Numbered from the stretch's first letter, positions 37,987-50,634 are shown. The stretch: 64,000 nucleotides of DNA from Penicillus capitatus (GCA_965649825.1 OZ287705.1:700990-764989); one strand, 5' to 3'. Numbers and translations: made by a program. The notes: generated by a model from the sequence alone, not told the origin.

Positions 37987-39163
37987 TCAGCTTCCCGATT
38001 CTGTCTCCTCCTCTCGCGTCTCTTCCTGTCGCTTTCGAATGACGCCCACTTCGGCCGGTCGGATGACTCTCTCGTGCATCTTGTAACCGCACTACAGCCA
38101 AAGGACCATCACTCATGCTGACGCATCCAGCCAGTCTCTACCAAGTTAACAATGCCAACGGTGCCTGGTTCCTTTGACGGATCTTCTAGCTCAAACTGCG
38201 CCATGTGTTCGTTAGGATCGAATGCTTCGCCCAATGGGTCGTATCTTGTGACGCCGTTCGTTTGCAGCACCTATCCAGACAAACAGAAGCTTAATGGGCT
38301 TGACTGCCACGTGGGCCATCCATCGATGGAACAAATCACATTTCTGAAGTCTTTCTGTGTCAGCTGGATGCCAACGATGACATCGTTCAAGGCCTTCAAC
38401 ACTTTTGCTGGATCAACGGTGCTGGCGTCCTTCACACCTCTCAGCTCTTCTGGTAGACTCTCGGCGGCGCGATCGAGATTGTCAAGAGGCCCTAGCAGAC
38501 TCTGAACAAACCCCTGAAATCGCACAGACGCTGTGATCAGAGGGCGGGGCGAGAAGATGTAGAGGGAGGAGACTTGTATGGCGAATTTCTTCGCCTGTGA
38601 TGACTCCCGTACAAATCGAGCTCTCAGATTCTCCCCGTCAGCCAATCCCGAGAGCACCTTCTTCCGTTCCTCCTCCAACTGCATCCACCCATCACGACAC
38701 AGCAATCATCTATCCATCGTTCTGTATTGCGGCGAGGATACCTGTAAAGACAGCTCCTCGAGTGCGGCGTCCTTCTTTTTCAGAATGGCTCGAAAGAGTT
38801 TCGAAACGTCTTCTTTGGAGGACGTCTGAGTGTCACCCTCTTCACCCTCTTCTGTTTCCAAGGCCTCCTCTTCTGCCGGTGTCTGTCCTTCCGCAAATCT
38901 CGTCTCTCCTTTTCCGTCTTCCTTTTCCTTCTTCTCTTCTGTGGAGAACCATCGCATTCTCTCTCTGTCCATTCTCTCCGAGACAGCGATCCATTGCCGA
39001 CACTGAAGAAGCAGATCCACATCCATATGTGTGGTTGTTTGCCATATCTAACCTGTACGGCATTGAGGGATGTAGCGGTTCGCTGTATGGACCGTGTTGA
39101 AGCAGCAGGACTCAGATAGCTATAGGCCAAAGAGCACAGTTGCCGCAGTGCGTGTCGTCGCAT
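37987..39163 (-). CDS. GRPE: Mitochondrial GrpE nucleotide-exchange factor
   Basis: Presequence-like start, LADGENLRARF..AKKFAIQ, DNLDRA, YDPLGEAFDPNEHMAQF..PGTV, and GYKMHERVIRPAEVGV. Confidence 0.9.
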
Positions 39164-39203
39164 GTCTGTCGAATATAACGACGCTAATGAGAGCGAATGG
39201 AAA

Positions 39204-40040
39204 ATGAGGCGCGTTCGATTGCGTCTGAAAATCGCCAGCCCTCTCGTGCCTTCTACAAACAGTGTCCTGTCTCTATCCATTGTCTCGAACCATGGGCACC
39301 ATGGAATGCTTGTCTGCAGATATCTGCTTCAGCTGAAACCGACGTACGATTGGAATGATGTCCTGAACAAAGTGCTTCCTTCTCCCTCATCGGCGAGATC
39401 TGTATGACTGAGGACGTGCTGGTGCAGCTCTGTCGCGATTTAGAGTTGAGACACACGCCTAGACATGTCCGAGTTCTTGACGAGAGGCAAGAAGATTCAG
39501 ATCTGCAGAGCTTAGTGGATGACGTCGTTCTCTATCTTCATTACTGTCAAGTGCCAGCGAAACAGGCCGCTGATTGTTGTTGAAGGGAGGTCGTGTGCTA
39601 TGGACAGAAATGCAGTCGGAGTGCAAAACGAAAGGCTCGATGTCGTCGAATGCGAAGAATGGCATACATTGCAGCTCGGTGATCACAGCGGAGCCTCTTC
39701 GTCTTTCTCTTGCCGAGAAGCGGAACCTGCGCCCTTTATTGAGTGCTTAGAGCTGTTGTCTACTGTTTTGAACAGACATGTCAGCATCTGTTTGTCCAGA
39801 GAGATTGGAACGCCCTTCCCTTATTGAATGTCATTTGTTGCTCTTGAGCTGAGTCGGACCATCAACGCCAGCAGTGGTCACACATTTTCCGCGACGGATC
39901 GATGCCACATTCAAATCATGTCTACACAAATGGATCCATACCTAAACAGCTGGCAGCGGTCTTACGCAGATCTTTCACAGAAGGAATGGGTCAGATGCCT
40001 TAACGAAAAGAAAAAAACAAATTTGCTGATCACATCATGA
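39204..40040 (+). CDS. Possible hypothetical spliced gene divergent from GrpE
   Basis: Short protein-like frames (MRRVRLRLKIASPL; YLLQLKPTYDWNDVLNK) separated by GT-AG candidates. The exon chain could not be resolved. Confidence 0.3.
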
Positions 40041-40082
40041 AGTGCTGAACAGTGAATTGCGGATCTGGCGTCGATACCGTCT

Positions 40083-43000
40083 TCAATCTTCTTCCCTGAC
40101 AGGCGGCATTGTTCTTACGTCAAAGGATGCTTGTATTCTCTCTTCTTGACGCCTCATCGCTTCCTGATTCCGGGCGACATAAGAACGAATCCAGGAGAAC
40201 TTTCTAAAGAACAGGACAGGTCCTCCGCCTTCTGGTGCACCGATATCCATTCTCTGCGTTATTTGACCAGACTCCTCATCGTGGTCCCGACACTCAAGAT
40301 ATATAATATACATGTCCAATGCCAGATGTGCTCCAAGGTACAGACGATGCAGCATGTAAACCACAAAGAGGACATTGGCGGCGAAGGTACATACAGCGAT
40401 GCCCATCTTCGCACCCTCAGAGGCATTTGGGTCGTTGCTGACAATCCCGGTATAGAAGACAGAGATGGACATGAGCATCGAAGTAGCTTCGAGACCGTTA
40501 AGCGAAACGGCCCCCAGTGCGGATCTCCAAAAACTGCCGATTTTCGTAGGAAGAAAGCGGTCAAGAGCGTTTCCACTGTATTCAGGAACATTTGGATGGT
40601 CCTTGTACTCGCGGAATGGCCTTTCGATCCAGTGCAGTGCAAAGGCCACAATAAGGACACCGAGAGCAGAAGTCGATTGCAGATTTGGACCAAGAGGAAT
40701 GGCAAAAACGACGGATGCTTGAATCAGCGCCTTTCTGATGAAAACCACTCCCTCCCAATAGGGTCCCCATCCATCTTCCTTATAACTTTGGTAGAGAAAC
40801 CCATAGCGCTTAATAAAGACAAGATTCTTCAGCCTGTGCTTGTTGGCGTGTACCCAGATGAAAATCCAGAGAATGAACAGAAACGAACAGGATAAACCGA
40901 CACCTCCAGCCATGCCGGTTACCCAATGCTTATCCTGATAACAGTAAAGGCTAGTGTCTTGCACCCACACCTTTGAAAGAGTTTCTGTCATGTAGTGCTG
41001 TCCATGGCAGTCATGATCAACATCATCGGCGTCTTGATCGACTTTAATGCAGTTGACAGCCTGCATGAAGGTTGCTGTGATGGTGCTGTATGCTTGAAAT
41101 AGGAAGACCAACATGACGACAACAAACCAGGCCACTGGATCGTTGTGTGCTTGTTCCCTTTGTGCCTGGAGATCGGTGTTCTCTTCAGGGCCTAGTTGTA
41201 TCTCCAGGCTGCCGATATCTCTCATCTCGTCCGAAGATGCGTCACTCGTCTGTGTTGTGACCGACGTCTGAGTGCGTCGTGTCTTTTCACTCAGGCGGCT
41301 GCATATCCATTCAACGAAAACCAACGCCGGGAGAGACATCAGATGCAGGACCAGGCGACTCCAGAATACAAACGTTGATTTTGAAGAGATCAAAGTCGAC
41401 AGGCTGCTCTTCACGAAGCTTGTGCATTCCAATGGCACATAAAAGAAGCCATTTGTGAAGGCAATAAGCGAATCTACACAGGGCACAGCATTCGGTCATT
41501 TCGGCAGTGTCTGTGGACGTGCTTACTTTGCCAGGACAGAAGAGCACGAACGGGCGCGAACCATCTGACGCTGATGTCCGATGCTGTGGCTGTCACCTGC
41601 AGATAGTTCACAAGGATCTGCACCGTGACAGATCAGAGGCTGTAGGTCATGGGATGTGACATGCCTTTAGTGTTTCGCTCAATTTCTCCCTGGCATCGGT
41701 GTGATCTGAAATCAATGCGTCTCGCACTTTTGTCTCGGGCTTCTCCATCAACCAACGATATATCTTTCGAGCTGCACAACAAGAAACGGATGAGATACTT
41801 TACTGAGCATGAATTTGTGGACAGCTTAATGCAAAGAGGCGTTTCACGGATCGCGGTGTCAGGTTCTGGCCTCTAGCAGTTGATTCTCTACTTGAATCTA
41901 AGATGCACATTCATCAACACACTTGTGAAGATGAAAAGCTCACCTCCATGGTTGGATTGCGTGTGCAGAAAGCTGTTAGAGTAGCTCTGGTTGATGAATC
42001 GCCGTCCAGTATTGTTGTTGGAATGCATCCTTGATAAGCTTCGATAGAGCTGCCTTCTTTGCATCTCTGGAGCCGCATTCCTTGTCATGGTTGCTGTAAT
42101 CGTGACATTCTCTGACACTAAGGCGGACGCTGTCCATATCTGCAGGATCATCAAAAAGACAGATGGCAGAAAGCTGGATAGGACGGAAAGTGCAAATTGC
42201 CATTCTTCGGGGCATGATTTACACTGGCCTTCATCCAAACGACCGTAACCGTCTTCACACGAACCGCAGAGAACACTCTTGTAACCCTCTGCACACTGAT
42301 GGTAGCTTTCGAACTCTGGACGAGGTGTCCTCTTGTCTTCCCTTTTCTCCTCGAGATACCGATCGAGTTCTTCTAGATCCTCGAGGACAAGCGTCGCATT
42401 CTCATAGTACTTTGCGAGTCTATCCATTCGGTTCTCATAGACGCATGCTTCCTTGATGATGCATTCGTGAAACCGAGGAGAGAAGGGTGTCGAGTGCCAG
42501 TAGCCATCCTCAGGGACCAGAACAGAGCCACCAGGGCACTGTGCGTGCTCTTCGCAGTCCAGGCACAAGGATGAGGTGTTGAAGGAGTAGCGATCTGCGG
42601 GACATGACGAGCACCCAGTGTCCGACTCCACTTCGCCCGGGACGCATTCCCTCGTCGTGAAGTTCAGGTGTGCCAGTAGCTGCTTTCCATCCGATCTCTG
42701 GTATCGGAATTCGATGGCAGACGTCTGGTTGATGCCGACCCCTCTTGTCTGGTTGACATTGACGATCCCGTTCCTCGCTCGATACGTCTGCTCTCCGAGA
42801 ATGTCGGGAGACACGGCGAGCACTGCGAGACCTGAATGAAGAAAACAGGTGTCGGCAGCATCCGCACAGCTTGCGTGCATCGAACCTGCGTCCGGAATCC
42901 CGCCAGTGATTCTCTGGTTGAAGGCGTCTCTGACTTCGATCTTGATGCCATCCTCGCGATCTTCCTGGCAATCTGCAGAGTCCCTGCACGGCGGCAGCAG

Positions 43001-45555
43001 TCTAGCGCCCCCTCTGTGGTCGGTTATGCCGCCGGATTCTGGATCCACGATCTGAAGCGAGTCCACCCTGCCTGCCATGTCTGGGCCGTAGATGCCGCCA
43101 GACTCCTTCAGACAGGCACACTAAGAACAACGGCATGTGCCTTCTGTGCGACGCTGTACCAGGACCCTGTTGGCTTCGAAGTGGAAGCAGTCCGTCAGTG
43201 GACTGCTATCGATCTGTGCTCGACTCAGCTGCCTCCAGTTTGCCACGTCTGATCGCGATTTGCCGCACCCGACGATCACCAGCCCCGGATCCGCGACGAA
43301 CAGGCCGCCGGCCCCGAAGGCGGCTGTGTTCCCGATGAAGGACATGTTGAACAGGTGGAACAGCCGACACGGCTCGATGTCGAGGACATTGGTTTCACAC
43401 TTTGTATCGTCTCCGGTGCTCCAGTTGCCGACGATGCTCACGAACATGCCACCTGCGACGTGGAATGAGGAAGAAGAACGTCTCTCGTGAGCCTGCGTTA
43501 CCTCCGACCAGCGCATCGTTGTCTTCGAAGTGCGTCTCCTGTGTGCTGATGTCTGCCATGGCGCTGTCCGGAACACCGCCGTAGGCCAGACACACCCCGC
43601 CGCCTCCTCCGTTGCCGCAATGCCTGAGAGAGTCCTCGGCGATCACGCTTTCCTCCTCGCTCGATTCTCTCCTGTTGAGACCGGAGACAGACGCCGATTT
43701 CAGTTTCCTGCCGAACGGTGGGATCTGTGCTGACAGATCGGCTCTGAGGTCATCGCCGTCGACCGCGTGGTTCTGCACGAAGCGGCATCGTTTCATCTGG
43801 CACAGACAACCGTGCAATGGGTGGTGCATCGCCTCCAGCGACCGGCCATACCTGAAGCGTGTTCTCCTTCTGTCGGTTCCCTTCCACGAAGACGCCGCCG
43901 CCTGAAGCTGCCTTGTTCCGGAGAAACTCGTTCCACCACTCCGACTTCGCCGATCCGAACGTCACACTTGCAGCAGATCTCAGGGCCGCTCCTCCTCCGT
44001 GCATCGCGACATTGTCGTGGAAACGTGACTCCTCAATGCGGACGTCCCGCGAAGAATCCAGGACGAACAGACCGCCTCCCGCTCTCCTCGCCCTGTTCCT
44101 CTCGAAGTTCACGTTCCTCAGCAGCATGGTCCCGCATCCAGCACACATGAGACCTCCTCCATCCACGGCCGAGTTCTCCGCGAACAGGTTCCGTGTCTCG
44201 GGATCTTCGTTTCCAGAGCCGGCCGACACCGGCTTCGCAGTGAAGCGCGCTCCATTTGTCAGCATCACCGCCCCGCCGAGGCCGGCTGAGTTCCTCCGCC
44301 ATGTCGTGTTGCGCTGCGCGATGCCACCACTGTTCCGAAGAAGTGCCGCTCCTCCTGCCTTTTCGGCTCCGTTCCCGTCGAACATGCATCCATCGATGTC
44401 GATGTTGACCAGATGCACTGTGACAATGTGAAGAGCGCCGCCACTCGCTCCAGCACGATTGGCCTTGAAGGTCGATCGCATGATCTCAAGGGTCTTCAAT
44501 GCAGCAGAGGCAGCGGCAAAGTAGATGGCACCTCCGATGTTCTCCTCCGTATTGCTCCAGACAGTTTCTTCGATGATCGCGGCCTGGTTGTCTTGAAAGT
44601 GGCAACCTTCGACGCGGACGAATATATCGTTCTCAAAATCCGTCAGATCGTTAGCGTCCAGCGTTGCGTATATGGCGCCGCCACTCGTCGCCCTGTTTGT
44701 CAGGAATTCTGTCCCGATCACGCTGAGCCTTTCAACTGAGCTCACAGCAACGGCACCTCCACCATTGCCAGGAGATTTGAAAATGAAGTAACGGTCATGC
44801 TCGATCAACTCTCCGCTTCTTCGGTATACCGTACCATCCAAGCCCCCTTCAATCACTGTGTTGTTGCGAAAGTGAGAGTCGGATATCTCCAATTGCGATC
44901 CTGGGTCCGTCACATAGATGGCTCCTCCTTTTTGATTGGCAAGATTGTTCATGAAATTGGAACGAAGGACTTTGAGAGTGCACTGTTCACCGTAGACAGC
45001 GCCGCCCATATCCGATTTGTTGTCATCAAAAACCGAGTCCCTTATGATCACAGTGAGGGGTATAATGGCCATGCACCACCACTTGGCCAGGCAACCCCTA
45101 GCAGAGATCGCACCACCAGCTGGTTGATAGAGGTCGAAATTTGAGTTGTTGCGAAAAGTCACCCGGTCAAAGACAACACTCTCGTGAGGACAGTTATCAT
45201 TGTCCAGTTCAATCAACACCGCTGGGTGACCCCTGCAGCCTTCAAATGTGAGCGATGTGATCGTGACATTTCGTACCCTAGACAGCACATACAGTGAAGA
45301 AGAGAATGAGAGAAGCCATGGTGGTACTCACGCGATGTTGAGGATGCTGTCATCTTCTGGACAGACCAGTATGGTGACTTCATGAGATTCGCCTCTGAGA
45401 TGTACATCGTGTTGTTCGATCCACAAACTCTCCGACAAGACGAACACATTTCCACTCAAGTTAATGGTTTCGCCAGACTCGGCATTGCTCATCGCTTCTT
45501 TGAGCTCATCCACTGACGACACGTACACACTGCCAGTTTCCAGACCTACAGACAT
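40083..45555 (-). CDS. Large beta-helix (pectin-lyase/Pmp-like GGA..FxxN repeats), Cys-rich, multi-pass membrane protein
   Basis: Repeated GGAIY/GGGxxV plus FxxNxA motifs, Cys-rich CSSCPADRYS..QCPGG..GYWH and CAEGY..LCGSC..GY, then several C-terminal transmembrane helices (WEGVVFIRKALI). The 5' end is uncertain. Confidence 0.8.
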
Positions 45556-47675
45556 CGATGTTTATCTAGAGTATGTCTAAGTAGACTTGTTCATGAGATC
45601 GCTCTTGTGCACAAACAATCAAAATTTGGCGCCGCAGGCTGTGGGATGAAATCCTGGAGGTTTAGACAAAGAAGAGAGAATCGGCGATTGGATAGATGTT
45701 CGTGTTACCTTTGGTCGAAATGTTATCCGTCGTCGCTTCTGTGTAAGAATCAGATGCAGTAGATGTCAGCACGACGCAGAGGAAAAGGAGATATCTGAAA
45801 CCCATCTGCCTAAGCAAGCTTCCGTCCAGCTGGGAAACAAAAGCAGTACGGTTCTGTCAGGTCTGCTCACAAGGCAACAGTCCGTCGCGATCAGACAAGA
45901 CAGACATCGGAAAAACGAAACGCATCTTAATGAATTTTTTTCATTCGCATGGAAATGCAGGAATGTGTAACGGCAATTCATGCTACCTAGAAGCGTTGCG
46001 TTTCTTGTTTCGTGCTTGTCTGACCCGAGGAACCACAGTGATCGGGATTCAAATGGCGAAAAGTTCTCTTATGTATTCGGACAGGAACTCCACAGCAATA
46101 CACAGCCTTGACTGCAAAAACAGGCCGTCGTACATGCATTAATGAATTCTAACCGTCACGGTATAACCGAAATGCTAGGGCTGAGGACTGTTTGGATAAG
46201 CAGATTGGAGATCGTTCTAAATAAAACACATGGTGTTCTGTGTTTCCGATATGTGTCTGGGCAATTCACGCCAACCTTGACAATCATACGTGCCGCTCAG
46301 ACGTGTAGAGGGCTGGGTTGGACAGAGGCTGCTGTCACCATTAATGGTGCATTCGCAACAAATGCTTTCAATTCCACTCTTCACGCTCGTCGGGTACGCT
46401 CCCGCACAAAAATCGCATGAAGGCAAATACAGTCATTATTTCGCAGACGGTATTTGTTGTCCTTGCCTGACTGAAATGCCATAAATGAGGCTCGTCACGA
46501 TGACAGACCTGTATCCTCCCTCGTCGGAGAACAAACCTCATTGATACTGAGGTTCTTGCTAGTGGTCTTAATCAAGGAGTCCCTGCATGAATACCTGCAT
46601 CACAGGAAGAGATACCCCGAGTCGAGACTTGAATACGCTGGCGCAACTTCTCTGCCGAAAGCTAGTGCTCAGCGTTCTTCAATGACGCCGACTCGCTAAT
46701 GTTCTTAATGCGACAATCAATCAGTATAGTCTTGACAGCGAAGGGTCCGTGAACAATGAGCTTTTGACGAATAAGGATGCCCCTTCATTGGAAACACCTC
46801 ATCCTTTCAAGGCATCAAGGTGGTTAGCACATCTGAGAAAACCAAGAGTATGAAGTGTGAAGGTCAACGTACGAATTTCTCTATTGACAGGAAAACAGCA
46901 GTATTCACTCCGACACAGATATCGTCAGTGCGTAGAAAACCTTATGGTCAAAGAGTGAGCTAGTAGTTAAGACGTACGTCTCCGCCGATCAAGTAGTCTA
47001 AATCATTAGATGTCACACATCGTGCTACTCGCCTTCAGATGATGGACACAAATTGGACGAAATCGTCCCAATAACCTGTAGACCGCCAACAACTCCGATT
47101 CAATCCCAATGATTTCGCAATCGTCGTCCAACAGCCTGTGTCCACGAAATCGTAGATCCTCACAATGCGTCATGGACTAGATCGAAGCTACGCTGCAGCA
47201 GCTTCCCCATATCCCTTTTCAGGCCATCGAGCTATCCAAGCCAATCATGCATCTGGATCATCTGTTCGCTCATGTCTCCAACGTGAAGGCGTATAGGACG
47301 GCGGGGTCACTGAGTCATCTTATCCTCTCTTATACATCAATAGAGCTCTTCATTTACATCTCTGCAATCCACGCCGCTGCTCAGAAAACCCACGTTCGTT
47401 GAAGCCATCCATCGGTGCGGTGGCTGAGAACAGCCACCTCTTTTCACCGTCCAGTTGCTGTCTTCCAGACAGCACCACAACTGACAACAGCAAAGAACAG
47501 AGACGCGCTTTCCTTTGTAATTCGCCGTCCGTTGAAGTCGATGCCGAATCCGACTGCGGATTCTATTTTAGTACCAGTCTTTGAAATGCATCCTCCGCCG
47601 ACGATTGAGTCTATTTGATTGTCTGCCCTTTGCGCCGTCTTCCCTTTTGCGCGTTCCTTTCTGATTCTCAGTGAT

Positions 47676-48854
47676 ATGCGTTGTCGAAACGTCTTCCTCT
47701 TCCTGACTCTCCTGCATGCGCTCGGAGCTGGACTTTGTTACGTACCGGATGAAGAGATAGATGGCACAGCCATGCGCAAAAGCCCTTTCTTTCCGTCTGG
47801 GAAAGAGGTTTTTGAGAACACTGCGACGAGCAATGTGTTATGCATCGAAGTGAAGAAAATCAAAAAGATCCTTAATGAAGCATATACGCCGCCATGTTGC
47901 ACCGAGGAGATTGAAGGAAAGATCGATTGTTTTGTCGGCGACTCTGCTATGAAAGTCCAACATGTTCACATCGATGCGACCGGAGACACGCATGTGTACT
48001 CTGGTCCGTCAAACCTCGGAGGAAATGCATATAGTGGAATGGGATGCGTCAGTAAGGGCGAAGGCTACGTTGATGTCCTGACGCTAACCTTGGACCATCA
48101 AATCACGAGGAAGTCGAAGAATCCGGCAGGGTGGAATTCAGGCTGGTCTGTTAATCCGAGAGGTTGCATTTTCATAGACCGGCCAGAATGCGTGTACTCT
48201 ACGGCCAATCGTCTCGACTGTTTCAACAGAGGAACTCAAAACGCTCCGTACAATCATTGGGCTATCGGTACAGTTTGGAAGAACAGAGGGATAAAAGGCG
48301 CCCCCCTTTACTCGCCCCTTCGGTGCATTACGCGCTATGAAGGAGCGATCGATTGTTTTGCGATCCAAAGAGCAAAAGAAGGTACCGTTAACACAGGTCC
48401 CATATCGCATCTCAGAATCGTCGATACCGTTATTCCGTCATGGGAGATCATAGGCCGTGAAGTACAGAAGGAAGGCACCGTCACAGGCACTAAAGATAGG
48501 ATGGATTTCTTCGGTCGTGGATGGGACAATCAAGTCAAGCAAAGGACATGGACAGCGACAGGAGGCTGGGGAAGCTGGAAAACCCTCGAAGGCGGCCACT
48601 TCTTGTCGGATCCAAAATGCATTAGCGCTCAGTACCCATACACGATCTGGTGCTTCGCCGTCGGCATTGACGGATACAGACTCTACAGGAATATCTACAG
48701 CAGTAATGCATGGACGGGATGGAAGGACGGCTGTGATACGAGCATTTATCAATTCCCCGAGGCGCCAACATGCTTCTTCAGCAAAAAAAGGGAAGTGTCT
48801 TGTTACGGCAGAGATTTCAACGCGCGGTTGATCGAAATCGTCTACGACGTCTAG
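47676..48854 (+). CDS. Secreted, intronless beta-propeller lectin-like protein (PLL/DUF346-type repeats)
   Basis: Signal peptide MRCRNVFLFLTLLHALGAG and roughly 50-aa repeats of W-x-x-W..P-x-C...(I/L)DCF-x-RG, for example WGSWKTLEGGHFLSDPKCIS and RPECVYSTANRLDCFNRG. Confidence 0.62.
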   Translation: MRCRNVFLFLTLLHALGAGLCYVPDEEIDGTAMRKSPFFPSGKEVFENTATSNVLCIEVKKIKKILNEAYTPPCCTEEIEGKIDCFVGDSAMKVQHVHIDATGDTHVYSGPSNLGGNAYSGMGCVSKGEGYVDVLTLTLDHQITRKSKNPAGWNSGWSVNPRGCIFIDRPECVYSTANRLDCFNRGTQNAPYNHWAIGTVWKNRGIKGAPLYSPLRCITRYEGAIDCFAIQRAKEGTVNTGPISHLRIVDTVIPSWEIIGREVQKEGTVTGTKDRMDFFGRGWDNQVKQRTWTATGGWGSWKTLEGGHFLSDPKCISAQYPYTIWCFAVGIDGYRLYRNIYSSNAWTGWKDGCDTSIYQFPEAPTCFFSKKREVSCYGRDFNARLIEIVYDV

Positions 48855-49591
48855 TGTCGTCCGTGGCCGAAAGTTTTGCTTTCCTGTGTTTCTGATGTTG
48901 TGCATTAGGAGCACGAAGAATGAAACATGTGGCTCTATCCGGTGCTCGACAACATCTCTTTCTTATCAGTTTAACCATTAGGCTTCTAAACACACTGCAG
49001 TATCAAGTTCCTACTGTCTTTGTCTCTATCTCGAAGTACGTCGAACCGCGACGTGTATGCGTCTTGTGTGAAAGCTGGCACGGTTGACAGGTAACGTCAG
49101 TATCGTCAATTGAGCATTCTTCCTGAGACAACGGCTTTCTAAAAGCCCCGTGTTGAGATTGCAAGCAGGCGACGAAAGATCCCGTCACTTATTTACGACG
49201 GGAATGTGTTTTCGTAACAACACCGAACCGAGAAACAGGCACCTTCTCTGTCGCGATATGCGAAGAAGCCTGTTTTTTCACCGCCAGTCGGTTTGCAGTC
49301 GTCCGTAGAATCTTCGCCGTCTATTCTGCGGAATTCTTATTATCTCAAAATCCGATGCTTTTCAGTTCGATAGATGCTTCTTCATCGAAGCAACAGAACA
49401 AAGAGGAATCCACAAAGTCGCAACGTCAGCGACAGGCAGCCACTCGACACTGTATTATCCATCGCGTATGAGCACTTCGTCGTCTTTTTCCCCAAAGTTG
49501 GCCGGTAACGCATCGACCCGCGTCAGCCGCTCTCGGTCTGTCTGTCGTAATTTCGACACCTCCATCGACTAAAACAACTCGCTGGGCGTTT

Positions 49592-50089
49592 CTATCCACG
49601 CCTTGTAGTTTTCCCTAACGAAAGCTGTCTTGAAATCTTGCTGAAATCGATGTCAGCACTCGACGGACGCGTCACGTAGAAATATAGAAACTCTGGATTC
49701 TTATCCTCTCCGACGTCGAACAGCACCTCTCTTGAAAGCAGTTGAGAATAAACGGCCAACTGATAACAATGCTGTTCTAAGCGCATTTGTTCATTCCTTT
49801 GAAACGAAGCTGCGTCAACGAGACTTCGAGCCCAGACGAGGCTCAAAAGCAAACGTTCGTTTCCAACTATTGCAACTAGACAACTTCGTCGAGGACTTAG
49901 GAGAGGAGGCGGAATTGCATTGAAAGCGGTCAGTCCATCCGATCTGGCAGTAACGGTCTCATTCAATGAACGGACTAACTCAAGTGCAAAGGGATGCGCG
50001 TTTGGATATGTATATCCCAGTATGAAAACTAGAACTGCCACTACAGAAGCATTCAATCGACTCACAACATGTCGTCTGCCCACAGACAC
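49592..50089 (-). CDS. Uncharacterised ORF without an early ATG
   Basis: A 165-codon open frame with a hydrophobic stretch (SVVAVLVFILGY) and HCYQLAVYSQLL. It starts at GTG and overlaps the MGMT end. Confidence 0.25.
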   Translation of the reverse strand: MSVGRRHVVSRLNASVVAVLVFILGYTYPNAHPFALELVRSLNETVTARSDGLTAFNAIPPPLLSPRRSCLVAIVGNERLLLSLVWARSLVDAASFQRNEQMRLEQHCYQLAVYSQLLSREVLFDVGEDKNPEFLYFYVTRPSSADIDFSKISRQLSLGKTTRRG

Positions 50090-50431
50090 ATTTGGAAGAC
50101 CAAACCCTCGACATCCAACTTAACGTTTCCCTTGTTCAGCATTCTTATTTTTCTTCTAACGAAAAGAGAGTCGCTCTTCGGATGACAATGGATTCCTCCA
50201 ATCTTCAAATCTGAACGAACGATGCGATGACATGGGACCGCCTTCAATCCATTCATCTTCAGAGACTGTCCGACTGTTCGAGGAGAAGTTTTGAGAATCT
50301 TGGCCAACTGACCATACGTCGTTCGTTGCCTTCCCTTTCGGCACCAATTGACACAAGTGGAAGATAGTGTTTCGAAATGTAGAGTACTTAGGAGTTTTAC
50401 CTACAAAGCGAGTTCGTCCTATTGTAGACAT
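50062..50431 (-). pseudogene. MGMT: O6-alkylguanine-DNA alkyltransferase (MGMT/Ogt C-terminal domain), frameshifted
   Basis: STFRNTIFHLCQLVPKGKAT lies in one frame and TTYGQLAKILKTSPRTVGQSLK..VPCHRIVRSD in another; the break is a tandem TCGT duplication at 50319-50326. Confidence 0.8.
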
Positions 50432-50445
50432 GATTCACTGTTTTC

Positions 50446-50634
50446 TCACTCTTCATCGTTGACTTTAGTCGTCGCGGCACTTTCCAGTTGGCGCGTGATC
50501 TCTGTCTCCAAGTTGTCTGTTGCTACGGCGCGGATGCTGTACAAGTAGGTCGCACCAACGAAACTGGCAAGACACGTAGCGACAGCCCAGTTTGGCAGAA
50601 TAGTTCTTCGGGCGCCAATAACAAAACGCGTCAT
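50446..50634 (-). CDS. Small single-TM mitochondrial protein, COA3-like
   Basis: MTRFVIGARRTILPNWAVATCLASFVGATYLYSIRAVATDNLETEI resembles the plant/algal COA3-like pattern. 62 aa, intronless. Confidence 0.6.
   Translation of the reverse strand: MTRFVIGARRTILPNWAVATCLASFVGATYLYSIRAVATDNLETEITRQLESAATTKVNDEE

Noticed and set aside
46130-47600. Short ORFs upstream of the lectin as a decayed paralog or TE
   Set aside because: No Trp/Cys repeat pattern, terminal repeats or transposase motifs were found.
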